Origin: Camelus ferus
Lineage: Eukaryota
DNA: 64,000 nucleotides
Assembly (NCBI RefSeq): GCF_009834535.1
Contig: NC_045698.1
Span: forward strand, 5,458,001 to 5,522,000
Reading direction: 5' to 3'
The notes beneath the pieces were generated by a model. That model saw only the letters and a list, made by a program, of their open reading frames with translations. It did not search any database and was not told the DNA's origin. The position numbers and the translations under genes are program-made. Below, in pieces: positions 49,792 through 62,130 of the stretch; positions within the stretch are counted from its first letter, which is position 1; every line of letters starts with the position of its first letter.

Positions 49792-51165
49792 GATCTGAAG
49801 GAAATACTGTATTAAGATGTGTTAAGCCTTCATGAATGTTTATTACATTCTCTAATCTCATATATTTCATATATTTCATAGCAGAAATATTTCTGAAAAA
49901 ACAAAAGGCATAAGAAAACACATCAAGCAAAGTTATACGCATGTTATATATGTGTCAGCTGAAATAGACTTAAGGTGGAAACATCGAAAGGGACAAAGAA
50001 CAATACTCCGTACTGACAGCTGACGGAGGACACACCGTACAGCTTGTGCTCGCCTCCCTGCGCTGTGGTTCAGTGCCTGACCCCAAGGCTGGTGAGTCCC
50101 TGAGGAGGCAGGTGTGGTCATGGAGGTGCCAGAACCTGGCCGGGCACCTGGTTTATGCATAACAACCCGGTTATTTCTGTTGTTAGATACCAAGTTTTAG
50201 GTATTGATCAGTTGCTCCTTCAGTCTTGCCCACAGACGGTAGTGAAAATGGATCCCAGTCCAGATTCTGCAGCGTGTGCAGATACTAAACAGTTCATTAG
50301 CCAACCAGGCACACAGCATCCTACAGCCCATCCGTCACAAGATTCTGTCTCTAGGTGGTCCAGCCACGTCTTTCATGAAAAGTTTCACATCTTGCTGGAA
50401 AGTTTATTCACGGTGGTTGTGGGTATTCCAGGGGCAGGGTTTTGTTCCTCCTAGCACCGTGAGTGGCCCTCCACCCAAGAGTCTTGCTAGAAAAAGTCTT
50501 TGGCCTTGTTTATGTAGGGGTGGGGGGTGCTCTGAACTAATGTCCAAACTCCATCATATATTAATGCCACTAAGTAGTCAGTCAGAGCTCCTTTCTAACC
50601 TCAGTTATTCTAAGAAGCCTTCGTTGGCCCCATTACTTTCAGCAACAATGCTGGTTGGTGGTGGAATTAATTGAAGAGCTTAGGAGCAAGATGGTCATTA
50701 CTGGTCATTACGTGCTTATTATCCTCATTGGAGTGCTGACTACACAGAGTCTTTGCTCTGTTAACACACCGATGGATCTGTGCTCAAGTATTCTAAACTG
50801 AATTCCTGACACCATAGTACTGGTGCACTAATCTAGCCATGAACGGTCAGATAAAAATACACGAGAATTTGAACATTACAGTTCGCAAACGAGATGATGT
50901 ATGTGCCACATTCAACAAATGAGGCACCCATGTTGGTTTCAGATACACTTGAAACATTTTTAAAATTAGACTATGAACTAGGCCATAAAGGAAAACGCAG
51001 CAAATTAAGGCATTGTTTGCTAATCCGAATAGAATTAATCAACTATAAGAAGCTACCCATAATGGCCACACTGAAGAATTGCTAAACACTCGCAAACAGT
51101 TCATGGCATAGGAAATAAAAATGGATTACAGAACATTTGGTCTGATTTCTTATAAGTGCTAAATG

Positions 51166-52364
51166 CAAAAACCCCTAGAAGAAAACAGGAAAACATTCTC
51201 TGACTAACCTCAGCAGGTCTCCCAGGGCAGGCTGCCTGGGCGACGGGAACAAGGCGAAAATGAACACATGGAACCTAGTTACACTCAACCTTCGCACAGC
51301 AAAGGAGACCGCAAGCAAAACAAAACAACACCCTTGGAACGGGAGAAAATATTTGCAAATGGTTCGACTGACAAAGGCTTAATTTCCAGACTATATAAAC
51401 AGCTCATACAACTTAATAAAAAAAAAAACTAAGTCAATCCAAAAAATGACAGAAGACCTAAATAAACATTTCTCCAATGAAGACATACAAATGACCAACA
51501 GGCACATGAAAAGATTCTCAGCGTTGCTAATTATCAGAGAAATGCAAATCAAAACTACAATGAGGTATCACCTCATGTCAGTCAGAATGGCCATCGTTCA
51601 AAAGTCCACAAAGGATAAATGCTGGAGAGGGTGTGGAGAAAAGGGAACCCTCCTGCACTGCTGGTGGGAATGTAGTTTGGTGCAGCCACTGTGGAAAACA
51701 GTATGGAGGTTCTTTAAAAAACTAAAGATAGACTTACCCTATGATCCAGCAATCCCACTCCTGGGCATATATTCAGAGGGAACCTTAATTCAAAAAGATA
51801 CATGCACCCCAATGTTCATAGCAGCACTGTTTACAATAGCCAAGACATGGAAATAACGTAAATGTCCATTGACAGATGACTAGATAAAGAGGTTGGGGTA
51901 TATTTACACAATCGAATACTACTCAGCCATAAAAAAGAATAAAATAATGCCATTTGCAGCAACATGGATGGACCTGGAGATGACCATTCTAAGTGAAGTA
52001 AGCCAGAAAGAGAAAAATACCATATATCACTCATATATGGACTCTTAAAAAAAAGAACACTAATGAACTCATCTACAAGACAGAAACAGATTCGCAGACA
52101 TAGTAAACAATTGTATGGCTACCGGAGAAAGAGTGGGAAGGGAAAAGTTTGGGAGTTGGAAATTTGCAAATATTAGCCACTATATATAAAAATAGATTAA
52201 GAATTTTCTTCTGTGTAGCACAGGGAACTATATTCAATATTTTTAATAACCTTTAATGAAAATATATGAAAACAAATGCATATATGTATATGCATGACTG
52301 GGACATTATGCTGTTACACCAGAAACTGACACATTGTAACTGCTTCAATTAAAAATAAATAAAA
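51166..52364 (+). mobile_element. 5'-truncated, relatively young LINE-1 (ORF2 C-terminus and 3'UTR)
   Basis: ORF 51446-51856 with [18 protein letters not shown] (L1 ORF2 Cys-rich domain); A tail; flanking duplication GTGCTAAATG at 51156-51165 and 52366-52375. Confidence 0.93.
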
Positions 52365-52411
52365 GGTGCTAAATGTACACATGCAGTCAAAACCATACCC
52401 AGAGGGAAATT

Positions 52412-52990
52412 TCATTCATCCATTTCACAGATATTTGAGAGCCTACTTCACCAGGTGCTAAAACTACTGTGGATATAGCTGTGAACAAAATAGGTAAACA
52501 CCTCTGCTCAGAGCTTATGTTCTTATTTGAAGAGAGCCATAAATCAATGAATAAATAAATGTCAATTGTGCCTGAGAAGGTGATAAAGCTATGGAGAAAG
52601 ACAAATCAGGCTAACAGGGGTTTGGTATGCAGTGTTGGAGGGGCCACGCAACTTCAGACAGAGCAGTCAGGGACAGTCTCACTGAGAAGGGAAAGACCTG
52701 GAAGAGACAAGGCACCAGCTGCTGTGGATAGTTCAGGCCAGGGACAGTGCAAAGGCCCTGAGGTAGGACAATGTCTGGTGAGTTGGAGGAACAGAAAAGA
52801 AATGGGGAGATCTGATGGTGCATTGTCTTGAGGACACTGCAGGCTGTGGCTTTTACTGACTGGACAGCCAGTAGAGCAGAGGAGTCATGTGATCTCATTC
52901 ACATTCTGCAGGGCTCACTTTGGTGTGGTTGAGAGAACTGAAGGGGCCAAGGACTGAAGCAGTGAAACCACTTAGAGAACTGACATAATA
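52412..52990 (-). mobile_element. L2 fragment
   Basis: ttcattcatccatt...atatttgagagcctact end and gtgcaaaggccctgaggtagga motif. Confidence 0.65.
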
Positions 52991-53399
52991 GAGTCAGATC
53001 ATCAAATCAGACTCTCAAGAGTCAGAAATCTTAACCTTACCAAGCTTTACCAGTGGCAAGGCTGCAGGTAAACTCAGGACACGTGGATCACTGAGAATCT
53101 AGGACGGCCTGCACCACTCCCCACATCTCCCTGCTGCGTTAGGCCCTTGCAGACGTATATGAAATATCGTGTGTACAGGGCATCACTTACACCAAAGGAA
53201 CTATTTAGGTCATGGTCTTTCTCCTTTATAAGCCCAAAATTACATGGCTAATGTAACAATTTTCTGGAAAGCCAAGCCCCACAGATCTGTGCATCCTAGG
53301 TTTATAGTGAGCACTGTAGACAAACCAAGGACACCTGCCAAAAGTAGTCAGTAATTATATTAACTGTAACTGTACTGAATGAGCCAAGATTACTCGAAC

Positions 53400-54335
53400 A
53401 AACCCATATGCTGTTTAGAAGAGACATACTTTAAGTTTGAAAGTTTGAAAGAGGATATACCAATCGGAGAAAAGGAAAGCAGGTGTAGTTAAATTAATGT
53501 AAAAAGGAGACTTAAAGCAAGAAATATTATGAGACATATTTTCATTAAAGTCAATTGATGAGGAGGAAGTAAAAATCCTAAACATGCATGCACTTGATTA
53601 AAAAACTTCAAGATACATAAAGCAAAAATTGTCAGAACTAAAAGGGGGAAGAACCTAATCCAAAATCACAGAAAAGTTAACATACCACAGAAGGAACAAG
53701 TAGATAGAAGATTAAGCACTTAAGAGATTTTTTTAGCAACACAATCGATAGGATCTAATTGACATACATAAAACACATTCTTCAGAACAGAATTTGTCTA
53801 GTTTACATTGACTATTTACCAGAATGGACCAACTTTCAAAAAGGTAGAATCCACACAACATGTTTTCTGAGAATTAAACCAAAAGTCAGTAACTAAATGA
53901 AACTAGAATAACCCCAAATATTTGGAAAATAAATAACACAACATAACTCATGAGTCAAAGAAAAATCACAAGGGAAATTACAAAATATTTGGATACAGAC
54001 AAAAAATGACATTCCAAAATGTGTAGTATGCAGCTAAATCAGTGCTCTAGGAGAAATTTGTGGGTCTAAATTCTTACAAAATTAAGCTTCAAAGTCAATG
54101 ATCTCAGCTTCGATACAAGGAAGTTAGAAAAGGACCAGTACGTTAAATAATCAAGAATATAGAAGGATATAGTAAAGATATCCTGAAATAGAAAAAAAAA
54201 AAAAAACAAAACAAAAAACAACAACCTGAAGTGAAATAGAAAAAAAAATGAAATAGAAATAGAAAAGAAAAAACAAAAAACAAACCCAATATACAACAGA
54301 GAGAACCAGCAAAGCAAAAGTTAATTGTTCAAGAT
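53400..54335 (+). mobile_element. Old L1 ORF2 5' (endonuclease-region) fragment
   Basis: A-rich decayed ORF2 motifs (aatcctaaacatgcatgcac, atctaattgacataca, atgcagctaaatcagtgct). Confidence 0.7.
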
Positions 54336-54849
54336 CTTTTTCCAGCATCCTGAGGTATAATTAACAAATAAAGTTGTACATAATTAAAATACACAACATG
54401 ATTTCTGTATCCTTTGTGAAGTGATTACCACAGTCAGGTTAATTATCACATTCATCGCCTCGCATAGTCACCGTTTTTGAGTGTGTGTAATGAGAATGCG
54501 TAAGATTTACTCTCTTAGCACGTTTCAAGTGCACAATGCTGTATTATTAACTATGGTCACCACGCTGTACGTTAGATCCCCAGAACTTACTCGTCTTAAA
54601 CTGAAGGCTTGCACTCTACAACCAGCATCTCCCCACTTCCCAGCCCTCGGCCCCTGGTGACCACCATTCTGCCCTCCATTTCTGTGACTTTGATTTTGTT
54701 CTTTGTAGATTCCACATGTAAGATCATACAGTATTTGTCTTCCTCTGCCTGGCTTATTTCACTGAGCATAATGTCCTCTGTGTTCCTCCACGTTGTTGCA
54801 AATGACAGGATTTCTTTTTCATGGCTGAGTAATATCCTATTGTGTATAT

Positions 54850-55185
54850 TGTTAAACTGAGACATATTAAAATTTTTAAGATTTTATTTGAGCAAAAGTC
54901 AGTTCAAACCAGGCAGCACCAAACCAGAAGTTGTTAGGAGAACCCCACCTATAGAAGCTACGGAAAAAGACTTACAAACAAAGCCAGGCCATTGTTTGAT
55001 TGGCTATGGCTTAAGCAGCTACGTTATCCTGGAGAGGTTATTTGGCTGTTTGTAATTGGGTGTCCTTAGGTTTTGATTTTTCAACCTTGAGGCACTACGA
55101 ACTTAGGGTTTTGTTTGCCTACACAGGCTATTAAGGCATGATAGCCACCCTAGTCTACTGATCAACTTGTTTAGTGATTCTAACA
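54850..55185. mobile_element. ERV1-type solo LTR nested in L1
   Basis: TGTTA...TAACA termini; interrupts otherwise continuous L1 sequence. Confidence 0.6.
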
Positions 55186-55631
55186 GAACAGACCCCATCG
55201 TCTTCATCCCTTCATCTGTTGTCAGACACTTCGGTTGTCTCCACGCCTTGACTACTGTGAACGGTGCTGCAATGAGCACGGGAGTCTTCAGGATCCTGAT
55301 TTCATTTACTTTGGATATGTACCCAGAAGGGGGGATTACTAATCATATAGTAGCTCTGCTGTTAATTTTTTGAGGAACTTCCATGCTGTTTTCTGTAGTG
55401 GCTGCACCAATTTATATTCCTATCAAAAGGGCACAAGGGTTCACATCCTCACCAACACTTGTTATCGCCTGTCTTTTAGATGAATGCCACTCTACCGGGT
55501 GTGAGATGATAGCTCATTATGGTTTTGATTTGCATTTCCTTGATGATTAGAGATCTTGAATATCTTTTCATGCACCTGTTGGCCATTTATGTCTTCTTTG
55601 GAAAAATGTCTATTCAGGTCCTTTTCAATTT

Positions 55632-55672
55632 CTTTCCTTCCTTCCTTCCTTCCTTCTTTCCTTCTTTCTTTC
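55632..55672. repeat. (TTCC)n/(TTTC)n microsatellite
   Basis: Seen directly inside the L1. Confidence 0.8.
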
Positions 55673-56509
55673 TACTATTGAATTGTATGGGTTCCTTATG
55701 TATTTTGGATATTATTAACTCATCAGATATATTGTTTGCAAATATATTCTTCTATTCCATAGGCTGCCTTTTCATTTCAAACTTATTGACGGTTTTCTTT
55801 GCTGTGCAGAAGCCTTTAAGTTGATGCAGTCCCACTTATTTTGATTTTAATAGGTCATTTTATTACCTGTGCTTTTGGTTTCATAATCAAAAAAATCATT
55901 GCCAAGACCAATGTCAAGGAGCTTTTTTTCCTTATGTTTTCTTCTAGGAGTTTTATGATTTCAGGTCTTACGTTTAAGTCTTTAATTCATTTTGAGTTAA
56001 TTTTTGGGAGTGGTGTAAGATAGGGAACCAGTTTGTTTTGCATGTGACTATCCAGTTTTCCCAACACTGTTTGTTGAAGAGACTATCCTTTTCCCATTGT
56101 GTATTCTTAGCACCTTTGTCAAAGATCAGTTGACTGGATATGTGGGCATTTATTTCTGGGCTCCATAGTCTGTTCCATCATTCATTGTGTCTGTTTTTAT
56201 GCCAGCAACATACTGTTTTGATTATTATAGCTTTGTAACATAGCTTGAAATCAGAGAGTGTGATGTCTCCAGTTTTGTTCCTCTTAGTCAAGATTGCTTT
56301 GGCTATTTGGGATATTTTATGGTTTCATATGAATTTTAGGATTGTTTTTCAATTTCTGAAAAGTGAAACTAATGGAATTTTTATAAGGATTTCACTGAAT
56401 CTTAGATTGCTCTAGATAGTAAGGACATTTAATAGTGTTAATTTTTCCAGTCCACAAACATGGACTTTCCATTTATTTGTGCCTTCCTCAATTTCTTTCA
56501 TCTTTGTCT

Positions 56510-56637
56510 CTTTTGGGGGGTAATTAGGTTTATTTTTTAAATTATTATTATTTTATTCAGTGGAGGTACTTGAGATTGAACCCAGGACTTTGTGTATGCT
56601 AAGCGTGTACTCTACCACTGAGTTATACCTTCCTCCC
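56510..56637 (-). mobile_element. tRNA-derived SINE (Vic-1-like) with 12-bp TSD
   Basis: TSD TCATCTTTGTCT at 56498-56509 and 56638-56649. Confidence 0.88.
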
Positions 56638-57499
56638 TCATCTTTGTCTTATAGTTTTGCAAAATTCAACATCTTTTCATGATAAAAACTCTCAACACAT
56701 TAAGTATAGAAGGAACGCACCTCAACATAATAAGAAAACATCTGCACGTTGGTGTCAGAAGCATTGAGGGTGAGAAGAGTCTGATTACCAAGCCTGGACT
56801 AAGGGATTTATGAGTAAACCATGATCACTTAGGAAAAAATAAAGGATGTTGTATTTCTGTACATCCAGATTGTTACTATAAATTTAAAACTTGCTACATG
56901 AAAAATAAACAATTACCTTAAGTAAGTCTTAAATCTGAATTTTCTGGTAAAAACTTACTGTGTTCTTCTGACCTCCCACTGACCCCAAGTACCTAAACTA
57001 TTCCTTGACTTTAAAATCCCCACAGCAACGTGGCGGTTTCCAATCCCCCGGGGCCTCTAAGATGTGCTGCTTTCTTGCCTGTTCAAGACCCTGTTTCTTC
57101 ACTCTGTGGATTTTCTTCACTGGAACATGACTTGGCGTTAGTAGAATTTTCCTAAAATCTTCTCACCAAATAGATTGTCCTTCAATTTCATCTTTAATCA
57201 GTCAGATTAATAAAATACTGAAAAGGATGTCCACATTGATAAATTCAAGCTTTAAATTCTTTAATCAGAGCACTAATCATACTTTAAAGTTGTTTCATCT
57301 GGATCTGTACTTTGCCATGATTAAGGACTTAACTTTTTATCCACATTATTTGTTTTTAATTGAAGTACTTCTGATTTACACAGACTTCAGTGGCAGGTCT
57401 CATCGGCTTCAGCATGTGCTGGGGGGCCCTCTGGGAGAGTGGCTGAAGCTCACTGTCTGGAATCAGAAACTAGGAGCTACTGCTCACTGGAGAGACAGC

Positions 57500-57700
57500 A
57501 CAGTAGTTAAAAGCATAATTCCGTGTTTGAAACAGACACATGTTTGAAACTCCACTCTCACCCAGGGCTGAAGCCTTTGGACAAGTTACTTAACCTCTTC
57601 GTGCCTCAGGCTGTGGGATGAGACTATGAGTTAATTTGTGAGACGAACTTAGGTAGCTTCTGGCATTCAGTGGGTCCTACCTAAATGTGACTGCCATTAC
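57500..57700 (+). mobile_element. MIR
   Basis: ctttggacaagttacttaacctcttcgtgcctcag core. Confidence 0.65.
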
Positions 57701-58799
57701 TGATGACAGCTTCCTGTATGATTTGGGTTTTCTCTGTGCTGTATATTTCCATCTTTTTCTATAAAATGCAGCCAAGTGTATAAACTACAATCATTTTTGT
57801 TTCTATGAAAGTCTCTATTTGCCTCTGAGGTATTAATGATAAATATTTTAAAGGTTCAAACATAAAAGTGAGCGTTCATACATACGGACAATCTCAAGCA
57901 GCTCTCCGCAGAACCAGAAGTGCGTGGACCACAATTTTTGGTGAGATGAATGAATGTCCTGGATCACATGCTGCCTGCCTTGTAGAGCGTCCACGTGCCA
58001 AGTCTGGTCCATTCTGGTTTCCCTCCTGTTCTGTGAGCCGCACAGATTTAACCCCTTTGAGTCACTCAGGTGGTGCAGCTTGCCTAATGTACGTGGATAT
58101 ACACGCCAAAGTGGCTTATTTTCCTCAAAGTTGAAAACTGAGGTAATTTAAATATATTCACAATATTTGCATGGATATGATACACTTTCCCCACCTGGAA
58201 AGGAACTTTAAGTTAAGCACTGTTAACAGCAGTGCTGCTTATACTGTTGTTAAATCAGTTCTTCTAGGCCTTCATCTCTGTTTTGTTTAACGCTAACATT
58301 TTTCTTTTTAAATGGGGCTGGTTTACGTTTCACGGAAATCCACATACTGCTTTTGACGTCCATTACATTTTCATGACCAGAGGTTCAGATGTGCACTTTA
58401 GGCTAAGACAATTTTTATTTTCAGAAGTATCCTTGCAGTGTAAGAACGTTAATCTAGAGTTGGCTGGTACGTCGAATGCATTGTCTGATCAGTCTCCTTC
58501 AGGATTTGGTATGTTGAGCGTACGTGTGTGCCTAAGCCCATTCTAAGGAGTGACACGATCAGAGCATAAGCCAGTTCAGAACCCAGGGTTCCTTGGTCGG
58601 CCAGTTCTGCCATTTCCCTCAGCGCGAGTGAACAGGGTTTATCAGCCCCTGTGTGTCAACCTTTGTGGGCCTCATAGACTCATCACTGAAATTCTGTGAG
58701 ATTTATGTCTTAGTCTGAAAATGAGGAGGTTTGGCTAAAAAGGTTTAACTGCTCCATAAATTCACACAACCTTACTTTTCTTCTAAATGAGCATCTTGG

Positions 58800-60480
58800 T
58801 AATTCTCAGGTCTTTGTGGTTCTTTGTAAGTTTTAGAACAAGCTTTTTGAATTCATCAAAACATCCTGATGAGATTTTGTTTTTAATTGGAATTGCCTTG
58901 AATGGAATTTGGAAGGGCTGAAATCTTTGCCATGTTGTCACTGGCTATCATGAAAGTGGTACTGCTCTGCATTTGATTAAATCTTTTGAAACGTCCTTCA
59001 GCAACGTTTTGTAATTTTTCTCGCACAAGGTTACTCATCTTTTGTTAATTTTATTCTTGGGAACCCTAGATATTCTGTGATTCCTAAATTACATTTTAAA
59101 ACCTTTAAATAAATGAATTTCTAGAATTTGAAATTCTAGTTTGAAAATAAGATTTAGGTGATATTAATCATAGCAATTTAGCAAATTTATCAAGTAATAT
59201 TAAATAACTTATTAAACCACACAATAATAATATTGTTGTAGAATTAATTCTGATGGGATTTAATAAAATTACACTCCAGGCTTTATTTTGATTTCACCAC
59301 TTTTCCCACTAACATTTTCCTGGTCCAGAACCCCAACCAGGACACCGCATGGTATCTATCTTCCTACCTCCTTGGTCTCCTCCAGTCTGTGGCAGCTTTT
59401 CAGTCTTCCATAGTTTCTCAAGACCCTGCAGTTTTGAAAAGCCCTTGTCAGGTGATTCATAGGAGGCCCTCCATCTGGGTTTGCTGGAGAGTGAATGTGG
59501 TTACGTCGGGGTCGTGATTTTTGGAGAATACACTGGAGGCGAGCTGTCACCTCATCGCATACCATGGTTCATCGCTGGCCAGGTTAACCCTGTCACTTGC
59601 TTAAAGTGAAACCTGCTAGGTTTCTCCATTGGGCAGTTTCTATTTTTCCTTTTCACAGTCGATTTTTTGGAAACGAGTCACTAAGTCCAGCCCCTGTTAA
59701 AAGGAAGAGAAATTAAGCTTGACCGCCTGGAGGAATATATATATATTCTAATGCTTTTTTAAGGAAATTTGTCCCATCTAAGCTACGCATTTTATTTTAT
59801 CACTTGTTTCTATCAGTATGGACTCCTGAGTATTTATTTAAATACTACGGGTTGTGATGCAATCCTGCGTTATTTTTGTTGCTCAAATTGTTCACCTTTG
59901 GCTACTGTAAGGTCTTTCATGTTGACTCCTGTGTTCCTTCGATATGTCCCTTTGTTTTATTTTCTAAGGACTTCCTTATTTTCTGGCATCCTAAGGTGCT
60001 CCAGGATCATCTTGGATTCTCTCTGCCACAGGGTTACAAACACTTTCCCAAAGAACCCAGATTCCTCTCATTAGAGAACGCTGAGCGCCACAGTCTGAGA
60101 AGTTGCCTTCCCAGGCTGCGGTATGGCTGGGGCTACACAGCAGGGCGTGTCTGGGGTAGGGCCTCTTTCCTCTAGCGAAGCGTCTTCACGCTTCACCCGT
60201 GTAGCTGCGTGAACTGGTGTCTGGTTCCTTTGTATCGCTAAGTAGTATTTTGGTGTGTGGACATAGAGCTGCTCAGTCACTCACCTGCTGAAGGAAATCT
60301 GCATGAACACTAAGTTTTCAACTCACTTGGATAAATACCCAAGAGTGGGATTTCTGGGTCACGTGCTAAGGTTTTCTTTTATTTTCCTTTTTGAAAAAAA
60401 TGTCTAAGAGACTGCCAAACTGTCTTCCCAAGTGGCTGTCTCATTTTGCACCCCCACCAGCGGGGCATGAGAGCTCATGC
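58800..60480 (-). mobile_element. Old L1 fragments (L1MC/MD/ME-like)
   Basis: T-rich decayed L1 blocks (tccttggtctcctccagtctgtggcag, ttggataaatacccaagagtgggat, ttttgcacccccaccagc). Confidence 0.6.
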
Positions 60481-60904
60481 ATTTATTTTGAGAGTAAATT
60501 AGTTGGAGTTCAGCGTTGCTAGAGTTTGCTTCAGCGCAGTCCTTGTCCCCAGCATCCTCAGTGTTTCCGAGTTTAAACAGGAGAGTCAACATTTAAAACG
60601 GCGGCACAGGGATTATAAACAAAAAGAGACAGAACTTGAGTTACTTCACCTGTGATTCTGTAGGACCACCTGAAGTTTTTCTTCATGGTGACTTTTTTTA
60701 ACTTTGGTAGACGATTATTTACTTCCTTCAGCCTCACTGTGTAGGTGAAAAATGCCTTAGGATATCGGTACAGCCAGGAAAAGACCCTCCCCGGCGATGT
60801 GCCATGCTCAGTTACGAAGAGCTGCACGGATGCAGACGGGTGTTGAGAAGGCCACCCAGTCTCGGAAGTGTGTTGCCATCTGAAAATTAATTAAGCTTAA
60901 CGTA

Positions 60905-61041
60905 GAGGGAGGGTATAGCCCAAGTGGTAGAGTGAATGCTTAGCATGCACAAGGTCTTAGGTTCAAACCCCAGTACCTCCATTAAAAAAAAAAATTAAAT
61001 AAATAAACCTAATTACCTCCAACCCTCCCCAGCGGCCCCCC
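60905..61041 (+). mobile_element. tRNA-derived SINE (Vic-1-like)
   Basis: GGGAGGGTATAGCCCAAGTGGTAGAG...GGTTCAAACCC, tail with aaacctaattacctcc. Confidence 0.88.
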
Positions 61042-61137
61042 TAAATTAACATGAACACAACAGGTGCTTCTCAGATTCTGTTCTCTCCTGTATGTGTGAG
61101 CGTTTTCTGAGCCAGCTTTTATTCTGGTGTAAATTTT

Positions 61138-61276
61138 AAAAAAAATTTGGGGGGGGAGGTAATTTGGTTTGTTTGTTTGTTTATTTATTTATTTATTTAA
61201 CAGAGGTACTGGGAATTGAACCCAGGACCTCATGCATGCTAAGCACACGCTCTGCCACTGAGCTATACCTTCCCCA
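61138..61276 (-). mobile_element. tRNA-derived SINE (Vic-1-like) with 14-bp TSD
   Basis: TSD CTGGTGTAAATTTT at 61124-61137 and 61277-61290. Confidence 0.9.
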
Positions 61277-61299
61277 CTGGTGTAAATTTTTAAATATAA

Positions 61300-62130
61300 A
61301 AATATTTACAAAGAGCCAGAATCAACTCCAAAAATGATATAGTGAAAGTCAAGCTTTAAAATTTCAAAACTTTCTCCTTGAAGATCAGCACAGAGACATT
61401 ATGGACAAAGCCATTAACTACGGAACAATAAAATATAAGCAAATGGACATTTACACAGAAAAAAGACTCAAATTTAAGGCAGAATGTTGGGGAAAGGACA
61501 AGAGATGCTGGCCTTGTGTTGTTAAAAGGAACCGCAGGGTGTGTTTGAGTATTTTTATCAACATCACCGAGAACTGAACACTTCTTCTAAAGCCGTGGAT
61601 TAAACATCCTCAGAGGGGAGGGTCTAGCTCAGTGGTAGAGCACATGCTTAGCACGCACGAGGTCCTGGGTTCCATCCCCAGCACCTCCACTAATAAAAAA
61701 ATTCTCGATGTTTGTTAACATTCAGCTCTTTTCTCAGATTCCTTTGGACGTTTTCACTTAACATAATAGAAATTTATGGTGAAGATATCTTACGGGAAAT
61801 TCTTCAACTGCGGAGACATTTGAAAGCCATTAGAATCGGTCCTGAAGGAACAAAGACAGGAACAGTATTTCAGTTTCTGGAAATTGTTGTGAAATGTGAT
61901 TTTTATGGATCTCTGACAAACTTATCCTTACATTTAAGACTTTTCCTAACACTTCATAAATCTGTTCCTTTACGTGAAACCACTTTTCGAAGTTAAAATT
62001 TCAAAAGCGTTTTTCGATTAACTATGGACGAAGAGTCGTGACAAGTCTTATGTGTCCACTGAACGTGACTATGCAAAGAATGTTAATTTTGACAACTATG
62101 CAGAAGTTGTGGACCAAAAACAGGCTCTGT
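61300..62130 (+). mobile_element. Fossil hAT (Tip100/Zaphod-like) transposase C-terminus
   Basis: Frame-broken translation LTNLSLHLRLFLTLHKSVPLRETTF / STERDYAKNVNFD resembles the hAT C-terminal dimerisation domain. Confidence 0.7.
61615..61701 (+). mobile_element. Short tRNA-derived SINE
   Basis: GGGGAGGGTCTAGCTCAGTGGTAGAG...GGGTTCCATCCCCAGCACCTCCA plus short A tail. Confidence 0.85.

Larger units (their letters stand above)
54336..56660 (-). mobile_element. L1MA9-like LINE-1 3' part, interrupted by an LTR and a SINE
   Basis: ttaactatggtcaccacgctgtacgttagatccccagaactta 3'UTR signature; minus-strand ORF EILSFATTW...IMLSEISQ. Confidence 0.85.

Noticed and set aside
59121..59139. Inverted repeat CTAGAATTT-G-AAATTCTAG
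   Set aside because: Short and AT-rich within decayed L1; plausible by chance.
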